A DNA stretch of 64,000 nt from Paludibacteraceae bacterium (GTDB taxonomy: Bacteria; Bacteroidota; Bacteroidia; Bacteroidales; Paludibacteraceae): the NCBI GenBank assembly GCA_017479885.1, contig JAFVBR010000022.1, positions 34,555-98,554 of the forward strand, read 5' to 3'. Of the stretch, positions 8,491 through 18,029 are shown in pieces. Positions within the stretch are counted from its first letter, which is position 1, and each line of letters begins with the position of its first letter. The notes below the pieces were generated by a model. The model was not told the origin of the DNA. It saw only the letters and a list, made by a program, of their open reading frames with translations, and made no database searches. The translations under genes were made by a program, and so were the position numbers.

Positions 8491-9372
8491 CTAAAAGTAC
8501 TTGGTCTCTTTTCCTACTATGCTTGTCAGTAGATTGTTGGCAAGACGGCTTGCTCCAAAGCGGAAATTCTTGTTGTTGAGCCATTCCTCGCCCAATACCT
8601 CTTTCACTATTGTGTAGTGCTGCACTGCCTCTTCTGTTGTGCTTACTCCGCCTGCTGGCTTGTAACTTACCTTCACGCCAGTCTTCTCATACCAGTCTTT
8701 TATGGCGCGGCACATTACGTAGGTAGCCTCAGGTGTGGCATTAACGGCTATCTTGCCCGTACTTGTCTTTATGAAGTCGGCTCCTGCCTGCATCGCCAAT
8801 AGAGAAGCGTTGTATATGTTCTTTACTCCTCGCAGTGCACCTGTCTCAAGTATCACTTTCATGTGTACCGGAGCCTTGCATGCCTCGCGCAGTTCACATA
8901 GTTCGTCATACACCTCCTGATATCTGCCTTCAAGGAATTTGCCTATCGAGATAACCACGTCTATCTCTGTTGCACCTGCCTGAATGGCAAGCAGAGTCTC
9001 AGCCACTTTTACCTCAATGAAAGTCTGGGACGCAGGGAATCCTGCACTCACTGAGGCTATGCCGATAGGCTCCTTCAGGTGTTCTTTCACGGTGCTTACC
9101 ATGGCGGGATACACGCATATTGCTGCTACGTTCGGAATGTCGGGATACTGGGCACTGAAACCATTGACCTTCTGTGCCATTCCGCTCACTTTCTCCACTG
9201 TGTCATCACCGTTGAGTGTGGTCAGATCTATTTGGTGCAGACATTGTTTCCATACTGCTGCATTGTTGTTCTCTGCAAAGTGACCGGCAAGAATGTTCTG
9301 TACCTCTTGCTTCACTTCTTCGTCTGTCATTTGCCAGTTGTACTGGGCAAACAATTCGTTGAACTTATCCAT
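8491..9372 (-). CDS. deoC: deoxyribose-phosphate aldolase (long form)
   Basis: 293 aa. IDLTTLNGDDT, EIDVVISIG, and the Schiff-base lysine context DFIKTSTGK. Confidence 0.85.
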   Translation of the reverse strand: MDKFNELFAQYNWQMTDEEVKQEVQNILAGHFAENNNAAVWKQCLHQIDLTTLNGDDTVEKVSGMAQKVNGFSAQYPDIPNVAAICVYPAMVSTVKEHLKEPIGIASVSAGFPASQTFIEVKVAETLLAIQAGATEIDVVISIGKFLEGRYQEVYDELCELREACKAPVHMKVILETGALRGVKNIYNASLLAMQAGADFIKTSTGKIAVNATPEATYVMCRAIKDWYEKTGVKVSYKPAGGVSTTEEAVQHYTIVKEVLGEEWLNNKNFRFGASRLANNLLTSIVGKETKYF

Positions 9373-10052
9373 TATTCTTCTGTTTTAGTGTTTAGTCTTG
9401 CAATTATTGTTTCGTTGCCCGTTACTGCATCACCTACCTCTACCATCATCTCTGTATCGAGAGGCAGATACATGTCAACGCGCGAACCGAACTTGATGAA
9501 ACCTAAATGAGTGTTGCGGGTGGCGGCTTTGCCGGGCTTGGCGTATGTAACTATCCTTCGTGCCATTGCACCTGCTATCTGTCTTACCAGTATCTTCTCA
9601 CCCGACTTGGTCTCTATTAACACCAGTGAACGCTCGTTCTCTGTGGAGGATTTAGGCAGCCATGCACCTTTGTGTCTCCCGCTCTGGTGTTCCGAGCGGA
9701 GCACTGTGCCTTCTATAGGATACCAGTTCGCGTGTACATTGAACGGCGACATGAAGATGCTCACTTGCAGACGCTTCTCGTTTAGCACTTCGGTCTCGTC
9801 TGTCTCTTCTATTACCACCACTCGACCATCGGCAGGTGCTACTATAAAGTCAGGGTCATCTACTTCTATTATACGCTCCGGGTTGCGGAAGAAGTATGTA
9901 ACAAAGCAAAGCAGTATGGCGGTAATTGAGAGAGTCAATGCAAATACCCAGTGATGTGAATACAAAAACACGGGTATATTGACTAAGAAGGCTATCAGCA
10001 CCACCACTATCAGTGAGTTCCGCCCTTCTCTATGTATTCTTGGTCGTTTCAT
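9372..10052 (-). CDS. psd: phosphatidylserine decarboxylase proenzyme
   Basis: 226 aa. N-terminal TM helices and the self-cleavage region GFIKFGSRVD (GS site). Stop overlaps the deoC start (TAATG). Confidence 0.85.
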   Translation of the reverse strand: MKRPRIHREGRNSLIVVVLIAFLVNIPVFLYSHHWVFALTLSITAILLCFVTYFFRNPERIIEVDDPDFIVAPADGRVVVIEETDETEVLNEKRLQVSIFMSPFNVHANWYPIEGTVLRSEHQSGRHKGAWLPKSSTENERSLVLIETKSGEKILVRQIAGAMARRIVTYAKPGKAATRNTHLGFIKFGSRVDMYLPLDTEMMVEVGDAVTGNETIIARLNTKTEE

Positions 10053-10186
10053 ATTAACTTTTATCTTTCATCTAATAACTTTCATCAAATAACTATTATC
10101 AAATAATTATTATCTAATAACTATCATCAAATAACTTTCAACTTATAAACTTCTCTAAACTCTCAACTCTCCACTTTCAACTTCTT
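10053..10186 (-). repeat. 134-nt psd leader completely lacking C on the sense strand, built of degenerate words
   Basis: No G on the plus strand from 10047 to 10196 (hand check). Words such as atcaaataact, ctcaactct, tttcaact repeat. Confidence 0.9.
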
Positions 10187-10624
10187 TCAACTCTTCGCCC
10201 ATTCGTCAAATGGCATTTGTGCGAGCATATCCGCAGCCTGGTCCAGTCCCTCTTGTATTTTCTTGTCAAGCATCATCTTGAACATCATGGGCAGGTCGGC
10301 TTTTATTGTCAGTCTCAGCCGTGTGTCATGCTCTTCTATTTGCTTCATCTGTATCCACAGATTGGCTTCTACAGGTGCACCTTCCACGCCAAACTTCACC
10401 GTCTTCATCGGTTCGCGGTCAACTATGCGGATGCATATCTTCTGACCAAGACCGTCAACCTTGAAACGTACAAAATCCCGCTCGGACTCCATCTCTTTGA
10501 TTTTGTCCTGCGGAATCATGTGCTTTACTCTCTCTATGTTGCTCAAGTCGCTCAGCACTGCATATATCGACTCTGCCTGTGCCGACGACTTGCTTGTCTT
10601 GCTTTCGTATTTTACTTCTGCCAT
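10187..10624 (-). CDS. SRPBCC-superfamily protein (CoxG/polyketide-cyclase-like)
   Basis: 145 aa. The size and the AESIYAVLSDLSNIERV start are typical of SRPBCC proteins. Assignment is from memory only. Confidence 0.45.
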   Translation of the reverse strand: MAEVKYESKTSKSSAQAESIYAVLSDLSNIERVKHMIPQDKIKEMESERDFVRFKVDGLGQKICIRIVDREPMKTVKFGVEGAPVEANLWIQMKQIEEHDTRLRLTIKADLPMMFKMMLDKKIQEGLDQAADMLAQMPFDEWAKS

Positions 10625-11250
10625 CTCAGCGGATTCTTTTGCCAGTTGCGGAATATTGTTACATCGTCTTCTGATATGTAGCCGGTCTCAAGTGCGCGGG
10701 CAAGTACGGCGTCAAAACCGCAAAGACTGGTATGTTTGATGTCTGCCTGCTCAAATCGGCGTGTCGTATCTGCAAATTCATAGTTGAAAATAGAAATCAG
10801 ACCCGATACCTTGCACCCGTTCTTTCTGATTGCATCTACCACCTTCATGCTGTTCTGACCTACCGAAACCTGGTCTTCTATGATGACTACATTCTGTCTC
10901 GGGCGCAGGTCGCCTTCTATCATGTTCTCAAAACCGTGATCTTTGGGAGTAGGGTGAACATAAATGAAAGGCAGCGACAACTCTTCAGCCACCAGCATGC
11001 CCATTGCAATGGCATTGGTCGCTACGCCTGCTATCACCTCAGCTTCAGGATACAATTCTATCACTTGGCGTGCCAACTCAACTTTTATGATGTTGCGCAT
11101 TCGCGGATAGGACAGAATCTTACGGTTGTCGCAATATATAGGCGAAGTCCAGCCGGTTGCCCATGTAAACGGGTTCTGAGGCTGGAGCTTGATAGCTTTC
11201 ACTTGTAGCAGTTTCTGCGCGATAAAACTCTCTAAGTTTTTCATAATCAC
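10612..11250 (-). CDS. pyrE: orotate phosphoribosyltransferase
   Basis: 212 aa. FTWATGWTSPIYCDNR and the PRPP loop VVIIEDQVSVG. Confidence 0.9.
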   Translation of the reverse strand: MIMKNLESFIAQKLLQVKAIKLQPQNPFTWATGWTSPIYCDNRKILSYPRMRNIIKVELARQVIELYPEAEVIAGVATNAIAMGMLVAEELSLPFIYVHPTPKDHGFENMIEGDLRPRQNVVIIEDQVSVGQNSMKVVDAIRKNGCKVSGLISIFNYEFADTTRRFEQADIKHTSLCGFDAVLARALETGYISEDDVTIFRNWQKNPLRWQK

Positions 11251-11359
11251 AATCTTTTTTTGTCGAAAAAGTTACTATTTTACTTGCTACAAAGATAAGG
11301 CGTTTTTCTCAATATACAAAATATATTTTTTATGTTCTGCAACATATATTTTCTGCGTA

Positions 11360-12163
11360 CTACTGCTTGTTTTCGTACTTTGCTATCTGCGCCGATGCTA
11401 TATTCTTCTGTTGTTCCAGTTGTCTTACATCACGCATCATTGCCACAAGCAGGCATGTCTCGGCAAGTGCCTGTTTCTCGTTTTGAGAAAGGTAATATAC
11501 ATAGTCACTGTTGCCGCTCAAAGTGACTTTTATTCCTGAGTCCTTGTTGTTGGCAATGAAACCCAGTGCCGTCAGTGCATCTTCTTCCGCAAGACTGAGA
11601 ATCTCGTATTTGTTGCCGTCGGAGTCGAACGAATGATTGCTTCCCGAGAAAGTCTGAAAGTCTTCGCCGACGGTGAATGTTACATTCTCGTGTTGCAGAG
11701 ACTTGCTGCCGTAATAGTAGCTCTTCAGTACTGTCCGCATATCTTCATTGATATATGCCTGTATGAAGCAGCGGTTGATGTTACGGTCGGTAGGTAGCAG
11801 TTTGTGTACATAACGGCCGTAGTTCTCGTATTCTCCGTTCTTCTCGCGGTAGAACTTTTTAATCATATTGTCCACTTGGGGCAGAAGAGGTTGAAGCAAC
11901 GAGTCGGAGTATTGCAGATTGCGTTGTGCCTCTATATATACAATACTGTCCATCAGTGCTTTGGCATTACGGCGGGCGTCTATCTGTTTCGGATAGAGCA
12001 GATGAACGGAGTCGAGTTGCATCTTGGCGGCGTTCAGATTGCCGTCGTCAACAAGTTGGCGTGCTGTCTGTACACGTGCCTGGGCAAGTTGTGCCTGCTT
12101 CTGTTTGGAGTCGCAGCCTGCCAGCACAATCAGAATGACTGCAAGGAAAATAGTCTTTTTCAT
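11360..12163 (-). CDS. hypothetical lipoprotein
   Basis: Lipobox LAGC. 267 aa, no recognised domain. ATGA overlap with the upstream HAD gene. Confidence 0.6.
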   Translation of the reverse strand: MKKTIFLAVILIVLAGCDSKQKQAQLAQARVQTARQLVDDGNLNAAKMQLDSVHLLYPKQIDARRNAKALMDSIVYIEAQRNLQYSDSLLQPLLPQVDNMIKKFYREKNGEYENYGRYVHKLLPTDRNINRCFIQAYINEDMRTVLKSYYYGSKSLQHENVTFTVGEDFQTFSGSNHSFDSDGNKYEILSLAEEDALTALGFIANNKDSGIKVTLSGNSDYVYYLSQNEKQALAETCLLVAMMRDVRQLEQQKNIASAQIAKYENKQ

Positions 12164-12825
12164 ATTCTGTTGGTTTTAATAAGTTTGGTTAGTTGATATG
12201 GTTCATTGATAATATAGTCCGGTTGATATTGTTGCAGCAGTTCTTTGCTGCAGAACCCCCAACTGCATGCAACCGATTTCAGACCTGCATTCTTGGCTGT
12301 CTGCATATCGACATCTGAGTCGCCGATATAAATGATATATGAGGAGTTAGGGGTGATGTTCAGACTGCTGATGATGTCGCTTACTATCTGTGGGTCAGGT
12401 TTGCGGGGGCAACCTTCTCTTTCTCCGAATACGGCATCGAATATGCCGGGGAAATAATGATTGATAAGGTCTTCTGTGGCGGCCTGGTATTTGTTGGATG
12501 CAACTGCCAGAAGCCATCCTTCTGTTTTCAATGTCTGCAGTGTGTCTTCTATTCCGTCATAGGGTTTTGTGTGCACTTTGTTGTGTCGGTTATAGTACGG
12601 AATAAACGATTGACGTAGTTTGAGTATGTTCTCCTGACTTTTCTTTCCTTCAGGCAATGCTCTTTCTATCAAGCGGTTCACTCCGTTCCCTACCAGATGA
12701 GGATATTCGTCAGCGGTATGAAGCGGGTAGCCCGATTCTGCAAGTGCATGATTGCACGCAGCACCAAGGTCGGCTATAGTGTTGAGCAAAGTGCCGTCAA
12801 GGTCGAATATTGCAAGTTTGGTCAT
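12160..12825 (-). CDS. HAD-family hydrolase (phosphoglycolate phosphatase-like)
   Basis: Trimmed to MTKLAIFDLDGTLLNT (DxDGT motif), with a later GDSDVDM motif. The longer ORF runs through a tRNA-like sequence and is an artefact. Confidence 0.8.
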   Translation of the reverse strand: MTKLAIFDLDGTLLNTIADLGAACNHALAESGYPLHTADEYPHLVGNGVNRLIERALPEGKKSQENILKLRQSFIPYYNRHNKVHTKPYDGIEDTLQTLKTEGWLLAVASNKYQAATEDLINHYFPGIFDAVFGEREGCPRKPDPQIVSDIISSLNITPNSSYIIYIGDSDVDMQTAKNAGLKSVACSWGFCSKELLQQYQPDYIINEPYQLTKLIKTNRI

Positions 12826-12947
12826 CAGGTGTTTTGATTGTTGGTGATTAGTAGTATATTCTGCTACAAAGATACTGCTAATTTGTGAATCAGGCAAAAT
12901 ATAAGTATTATAAAAACAAAAAAAGAGCAATGCTCTTTCTTTGCCTT

Positions 12948-13028
12948 TGGTTGCGGAGGCTGGGATCGAACCAACGACCGTCAGCTGACGGATATGAGCC
13001 TGACGAGCTACCACTGCTCTACTCCGCG
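12948..13028 (-). pseudogene. aberrant initiator-tRNA(Met) copy with expanded anticodon arm
   Basis: Identical to the tRNA at 13311-13385 except that loop A becomes T and TGAA is replaced by GTCAGCTGAC (+6 nt). This breaks the TCAGG/CCTGA stem and creates the 12-nt palindrome CGTCAGCTGACG. The CAT anticodon triplet is retained. Followed by a hairpin plus T-run. Confidence 0.75.
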
Positions 13029-13267
13029 GCAATCAGACTATGTATGAAAGCTCTTCCTCTGCTTGTTTTTAGTTGTTTTTCTCTCATCATTGCCTGCTGC
13101 TTGTTATCATAGTTTTCAGAATAAATGATTCTCCATGGTTGAAAAGTTTTAGTCCAACCCTTATTGTTCGGGTGATTGTGCGCAATGATTCTGTTCTCAA
13201 TATCAGAAGTATATCCGATATAGATTTTGTTGAAGATGTCACTATATAGTACGTACACTGTGAACAT
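13019..13267 (-). CDS. small GIY-YIG nuclease-superfamily protein
   Basis: 82 aa. VYVLYS..IYIGYTSDIENRIIAHN...REKQLK (GIY-YIG, Arg and Glu elements). The last 10 nt including the TAG stop lie inside the tRNA-like sequence. Confidence 0.8.
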   Translation of the reverse strand: MFTVYVLYSDIFNKIYIGYTSDIENRIIAHNHPNNKGWTKTFQPWRIIYSENYDNKQQAMMREKQLKTSRGRAFIHSLIAAE

Positions 13268-13310
13268 AGGATATAAGTGTTACAAACAAAAAAGGAGAAT
13301 GAATCTCCTT

Positions 13311-13385
<75 letters not shown>

Positions 13386-13411
13386 ATATTCTTTCTTTAC
13401 GAAAGCGGATG

Positions 13412-13419
13412 CAAAGGTA
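13412..13419 (-). promoter_or_regulatory. -7 box TACCTTTG for tRNA-fMet
   Basis: The block GCGGATGCAAAGGTA(G/A)TGCAAA is shared with the tRNA-Cys upstream region at 15338-15359. Confidence 0.6.
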
Positions 13420-13472
13420 GTGCAAATATTTGACATGTGCAAGAGATAATCGATTTTCTTCCCAATATTTGT

Positions 13473-13700
13473 TCAGTTTTCCTTCAGTCCGGCGAGAATA
13501 TCCTCTGCTTTTTCCATGTCTGTTTCAAGAATCATGATGCGGTATCCGCTCACTGACGAACCGAACAGAGGATAAAGTTGTGCGCCTATCTCGTTTGCTA
13601 TGAAACATTGCACCCCGTTTTGTTCGAGAGCGTCTTTGACATACTGCGCCTCGGGCAGTGTGTCGCAGGTTAGAAACAATATGGTTTTATCGGAAGACAT
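13473..13700 (-). CDS. small DUF2007-like protein (putative signal-transducing fold)
   Basis: 75 aa. TILFLTCDTLPEAQYVKDALEQNGVQCFIANE resembles the DUF2007 pattern. Called from memory. Confidence 0.4.
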   Translation of the reverse strand: MSSDKTILFLTCDTLPEAQYVKDALEQNGVQCFIANEIGAQLYPLFGSSVSGYRIMILETDMEKAEDILAGLKEN

Positions 13701-13740
13701 ATCTATTCTCTATTCCCGGTTGTCAATTGTTCACGACCCC

Positions 13741-15174
13741 TTATCCGACTGACCCTTCGAGAGAGACTTGCAGCAGTTTCTGTGCTTCTACGGCAAACTC
13801 CATTGGCAGTTTGTTCAGTACGTCTTTGGCATAACCATTGACAATCAGTCCTACAGCATCTTCAGTGCCGATACCGCGTTGCTGGCAGTAGAAGAGTTGG
13901 TCTTCGCTTATTTTGCTTGTAGTGGCTTCGTGTTCCACAATGGCAGTCGGATTCTGAATCTGCATGTCGGGGAAGGTGTGTGCTCCGCATTTGCTTCCAA
14001 GCAGCAGAGAGTCGCATTGACTGTAGTTGCGTGCACCTTCGGCACCCGGCACCACTTTTACAAGTCCGCGATAAGAGTTCTGGCTGCGGCCTGCAGATAT
14101 ACCTTTCGATATGATGCGCGAGGTGGTGTGCTTACCGATATGAATCATCTTGGTGCCCGTGTCTGCCTGCTGATAGTTGTTGGTTACTGCAACCGAGTAA
14201 AACTCTGCTGATGAATGGTCGCCGCGCAGTATGCATGACGGATATTTCCATGTGATGGCACTGCCGGTCTCCACCTGAGTCCAACTGAGACGGGCATTCT
14301 CGTGGCACAATCCGCGTTTGGTGACGAAATTGTAGATACCTCCCTTTCCGTCTTTGTCGCCCGGATACCAGTTTTGCACGGTGGAGTATTTCACTTGGGC
14401 ATCTTTATGAACAATGATTTCCACTATGGCGGCGTGCAGTTGGTTCTCGTCACGCATAGGAGCGGTGCAGCCCTCAAGATAACTGAGGTAGGCACCTTCG
14501 TCAGCAATAAGCAGTGTGCGCTCAAACTGACCCGTGTTGCCGGCATTGATGCGGAAATAAGTGCTGAGCTCCATAGGGCAGCGCACTCCCTTGGGAATAT
14601 ATACAAACGAGCCGTCGGAGAACACAGCAGAGTTGAGTGCGGCATAGAAGTTATCGGTAGGCGGAACAACCGAGCCGAGATATTGCTTTACAAGGTCGGG
14701 GTGCTCGCGCACTGCCTCGCTGATAGAGCAGAAGATAATGCCTTTTTCGGCAAGAGTCTCGCGGAATGTGGTCTTCACCGATACCGAGTCCATTACAGCA
14801 TCCACAGCCATATTGCCTGCCAGTGCCGCACGTTCTTCAAGAGGTATGCCAAGTTTGTCGAAAGTCTTCATAAGCTCCGGGTCTATCTCTTTCTGCTCAC
14901 CTTTCGTGGTTTTAGGTGCTGCGTAATATGATATGGCCTGAAAGTCGATTTCAGGTATGTCAAGATGTGCCCAAGTCGGAACTTTCATCTTCTGCCAGTT
15001 GCGTAGTGCACGGAGGCGGAAATTCAAGAGCCACTCCGGCTCCTGCTTCTTTTGAGAGATAAGGCGTACCACATCCTCATTGAGACCTTTGCTTATGATA
15101 TCGGTCTCAATATCGGTAGTGAATCCGTACTTGTAGTCACTGTTGGTAATATCTTCAATAATCTTCTCTGCCAT
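13741..15174 (-). CDS. sufB: Fe-S cluster assembly protein SufB
   Basis: 477 aa. Collinear with SufB throughout ([51 protein letters not shown]). Confidence 0.95.
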   Translation of the reverse strand: MAEKIIEDITNSDYKYGFTTDIETDIISKGLNEDVVRLISQKKQEPEWLLNFRLRALRNWQKMKVPTWAHLDIPEIDFQAISYYAAPKTTKGEQKEIDPELMKTFDKLGIPLEERAALAGNMAVDAVMDSVSVKTTFRETLAEKGIIFCSISEAVREHPDLVKQYLGSVVPPTDNFYAALNSAVFSDGSFVYIPKGVRCPMELSTYFRINAGNTGQFERTLLIADEGAYLSYLEGCTAPMRDENQLHAAIVEIIVHKDAQVKYSTVQNWYPGDKDGKGGIYNFVTKRGLCHENARLSWTQVETGSAITWKYPSCILRGDHSSAEFYSVAVTNNYQQADTGTKMIHIGKHTTSRIISKGISAGRSQNSYRGLVKVVPGAEGARNYSQCDSLLLGSKCGAHTFPDMQIQNPTAIVEHEATTSKISEDQLFYCQQRGIGTEDAVGLIVNGYAKDVLNKLPMEFAVEAQKLLQVSLEGSVG

Positions 15175-15242
15175 AATTAGAATTGTGAGACTGCTGAGGC
15201 GGCGGGGAATGTAAAAGAGCTGCCTGTTCAGACAGCTCTTTC

Positions 15243-15316
15243 TGGAGGTACCTAGCAGATTCGAACCGCTGTCCCCGGTTTTGCAGACCGGTCCCTAACC
15301 ACTCGGGCAAGGTACC
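15243..15316 (-). tRNA. tRNA-Cys (anticodon GCA)
   Basis: Acceptor GGTACCT/AGGTACC, anticodon loop CTGCAAA, T-loop TTCGAAT, CCA encoded. Followed by the hairpin AAGAGCTG..CAGCTCTT. Confidence 0.9.
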
Positions 15317-15344
15317 CTGTTTGCACTTTTTCCAAATGCGGATG

Positions 15345-15352
15345 CAAAGGTA
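15345..15352 (-). promoter_or_regulatory. -7 box TACCTTTG for tRNA-Cys
   Basis: CAAAGGTA on the plus strand, 29 nt upstream of the tRNA 5' end. Confidence 0.6.
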
Positions 15353-15425
15353 ATGCAAACTTTTCAAATACGCAAGAGAAAATAAATATTCTTACGTATT
15401 TGTGCCGAGTTTTTCTGAAGAAAAC

Positions 15426-16706
15426 TTATTGTTTCTTCTTGTTTTTCAACTTCTTTACTTCCTCCTCGAGGGCGGCAATCTCTTTCTCCTGGTTGTTGAT
15501 AGTGGTGAGGAGTTCGTTGAGTTCTTCGTTCTCGATAGTGGTAGGATATTGCTCGTCAACCAGCTGGAGGAAATCGGAGAGTACATTCATGTAGTTGGTG
15601 AACGCATCGTAAGCCGACTCGTAGTGCGAACCACCGTGGTCAATGTGGTTCATGTAGCGCAAATGGTTAATGTCTTGCAGAATGAGCCAATCGTTCTTAA
15701 GGCGTTTGTCCTGACACAGACGTACACGCTCAGCCACGGCATACAGTTTCTGTATAGCCTCCTGCTGGAGGTCGTTGCCGTTGTATGCGGCAAGGTCTTT
15801 GGCTTCTCCTGTCCAGGTGACGGGATAGGGAATAGGAATAGTGTCGGCAGCTTGCAGTTTCTTGGCTGCTTCTTGCGGAGTGAGGAACCCTATTTCTTTC
15901 TCAAGGGCATAGAAGGGGAGAGCCTTGAGGAAAGCGAAGATGCCTGTATCGGCATTCTGGCGTATGCCGAAGGTCTCGGCTCCGAGCCAGATGTTGACAA
16001 TCTGCTCTTCCTCGGGCAGCATGCTGAGTTGCTGTGCATACTTCTCTGCGTCCATAGGATAGTTCTTCCACGAAGGGTCGGAGAAATGGAAACTGAGTTC
16101 GTCGCTGAGGGCGGTGTTGCGCAGCATCAGTTTGAGCTTGGAGTTGACAGCGGAGTTATAGAGGTAGTTAGGCGATTTCCATGACAGAATATGCTTGGCA
16201 CCTTCGGTCATGACTGTTTTGTAGCCCAGATGCAGTAGTTGGTCGCCAATCTCATCGCTATACAGCAGTTCGGTGTTCCATACGGTGACAGGCTTTTGTG
16301 AGAAAAGTTCCTGAATCTGCTCGGAATGACGTTTCAACTGCTCTTCAAAGTCAAGTTTGTTGTATTCGGCAGCAAGAGAGTAGGCGTAGGGAGTGCAGAC
16401 AAACTCTACGCATTTGGTCTGAGCCAGTTCTTTGAGCAGGTCAATCATCTCGGGTGCATACTGCTGGAACATGTCAAGCAGTATGCCGCTGACAGAGAGT
16501 GCACAATGGAACTTGCCGTGCGAGAACTTAATCATCTCTTTCAGGGTTTGGCAGAGAGGCATATAGCTTTTCTCTACAAGCCATGAGATATTCTCCTCGG
16601 TCTGCATGTCATCGTAGTAGTAGTGGTCTTGCCCTATTTCAAAGAAACGATAGCGTTTCAGACGGTAAGGGGCGTGGAATTGGAAGCAAAAACTTATATT
16701 TTTCAT
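15426..16706 (-). CDS. glycoside hydrolase family 57 protein (alpha-amylase-like)
   Basis: MKNISFCFQFHAPYRLKRYRFFEIG... is a typical GH57 N-terminus. Start trimmed to the ATG at 16706 (the MGGVGGGF extension comes from a GC-rich hairpin). Confidence 0.8.
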   Translation of the reverse strand: MKNISFCFQFHAPYRLKRYRFFEIGQDHYYYDDMQTEENISWLVEKSYMPLCQTLKEMIKFSHGKFHCALSVSGILLDMFQQYAPEMIDLLKELAQTKCVEFVCTPYAYSLAAEYNKLDFEEQLKRHSEQIQELFSQKPVTVWNTELLYSDEIGDQLLHLGYKTVMTEGAKHILSWKSPNYLYNSAVNSKLKLMLRNTALSDELSFHFSDPSWKNYPMDAEKYAQQLSMLPEEEQIVNIWLGAETFGIRQNADTGIFAFLKALPFYALEKEIGFLTPQEAAKKLQAADTIPIPYPVTWTGEAKDLAAYNGNDLQQEAIQKLYAVAERVRLCQDKRLKNDWLILQDINHLRYMNHIDHGGSHYESAYDAFTNYMNVLSDFLQLVDEQYPTTIENEELNELLTTINNQEKEIAALEEEVKKLKNKKKQ

Positions 16707-16769
16707 AAAACCTCCCCCGACCCCTCCCAAGGAGGGGAGACCTGCGGGGTGCAGGGTTCTTAGTTTGTA

Positions 16770-18029
16770 TTATCTGTTATATATTACTTTGTCGTAAATG
16801 GCTCGAACCTTGAGTCCTGCATCGTACCAGCGGATGTTGTTCACCTCTTCGCGTCCGAGTTCGCTGAGCGATTTGTACATAGCGGGATACTTGACGATTG
16901 AATAGATGGCATCTGCCATGGCATCGATATCCCAGTAGTCGGTTTTGATGGCATGTGTCAGTATCTCTGCGCAACCCGACTGGTGGGAGATGATGCTGGG
17001 GCAGCCCACCTGCATAGCCTCCAGAGGCGAGATGCCGAATGGTTCGCTCACAGAGGGCATGATATATACATCGCTCTCAGCAAGCATCTCCTGCACTTGT
17101 TTGCCTCTCATGAATCCCGGGAAATGGAAGCGGTCTGCAATACCGCGACGAGCCACGAGGTCAATCATTTCGTTCATCTTGTCTCCCGATCCTGCCATCA
17201 CGAAGCGTACCCCTTTGGTTTTTGAGAGTACCCGTGCAGCAGCTTCCACGAAGAACTCGGGTCCTTTCTGCATGGTGATACGTCCGAGGAAGGTGACAAT
17301 CTTGTCTTTGCGCGGGTGCTTCTGGAACTCCTCAGGGTGCGGCAGAGGCTCCACTGCGTTGTGGACGGTGGATACCTTGGCAGGGTTGATGCCGTATTTC
17401 TCAATCACGGTGTTGCGGGTAAGGTTACTTACGCACATAATGTGGTCGGCCTCTTCCATTCCGCGTTTCTCTATGGCGAACACAGTGGGGTTGACATTGC
17501 CGCGCGAGCGGTCGAAGTCGGTGGCATGCACATGGATGACAAGCGGTTTGCCTGAGATATGTTTGGCAAACACTCCGGCGGGGTAGGTGAGCCAGTCGTG
17601 AGAGTGAATGATGTCGAAGTCAAGACTGTGCGCAAGAACGCTTGCCACAGCCTCATAGTTGCCTATTTCTTCAATCAGGTTGTCAGGATAGCGTCCCGAG
17701 AAGCCTACGCAACCGAGGTCATCGGTGCCGATACGCGTGAAGTCGTAATGTATGCCATTGCGAAGATGGTAGTATTCTTCGGGTGACATCTTGCCCTCCA
17801 TACGCTGGCGCACGTAGTCATAGTTGTTGTCTTTCCAGACGATAGGTACAGAGTTGGCACCTATAATGCGCAGGAACGACTGGTCTTCATCGCCCCATGG
17901 TTTGGGAATGACGAAGGTGATGTGCATGTCTTCCTGCTGCGCCATTCCGCGGGTCAGACCGTAACTGGCAGTGCCGAGACCGCCGAGGATATGGGGAGGA
18001 AACTCCCAACCAAACATTAACGCATTCAT
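16770..18029 (-). CDS. GT4-family glycosyltransferase (glycogen-synthase-like)
   Basis: 419 aa. N-terminal EFPPHILGGLGTA and the C-terminal motif PSVSEPFGISPLEAM (E-x7-E). Confidence 0.8.
   Translation of the reverse strand: MNALMFGWEFPPHILGGLGTASYGLTRGMAQQEDMHITFVIPKPWGDEDQSFLRIIGANSVPIVWKDNNYDYVRQRMEGKMSPEEYYHLRNGIHYDFTRIGTDDLGCVGFSGRYPDNLIEEIGNYEAVASVLAHSLDFDIIHSHDWLTYPAGVFAKHISGKPLVIHVHATDFDRSRGNVNPTVFAIEKRGMEEADHIMCVSNLTRNTVIEKYGINPAKVSTVHNAVEPLPHPEEFQKHPRKDKIVTFLGRITMQKGPEFFVEAAARVLSKTKGVRFVMAGSGDKMNEMIDLVARRGIADRFHFPGFMRGKQVQEMLAESDVYIMPSVSEPFGISPLEAMQVGCPSIISHQSGCAEILTHAIKTDYWDIDAMADAIYSIVKYPAMYKSLSELGREEVNNIRWYDAGLKVRAIYDKVIYNR

Noticed and set aside
8452-8494. Tandem 20-nt near-duplicate (CCAGCGGTCTTAACTCCTAA / CCAGCGGTCCTACCTCCTAA) spanning the deoC stop codon
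   Set aside because: It is a small local duplication in the 3' end/UTR with no structural or coding consequence that I can support.
15243-15316. Functional link between tRNA-Cys and the adjacent sufB (cysteine-dependent Fe-S assembly)
   Set aside because: The two are separated by a terminator-like hairpin, and the tRNA has its own promoter. Adjacency alone is not evidence.
16707-16769. GC-rich spacer inside the glycogen operon (CCTCCCCCGACCCCTCCCAAGGAGGGGAG, hairpin CCCCTCC-caa-GGAGGGG) sharing CCCCCGACCCCTC with 45145-45157 upstream of mutL
   Set aside because: The 13-nt match is within chance expectation. It is probably a dispersed REP-like GC hairpin, but two partial copies cannot establish that. 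It explains the spurious MGGVGGGF extension of the GH57 ORF.
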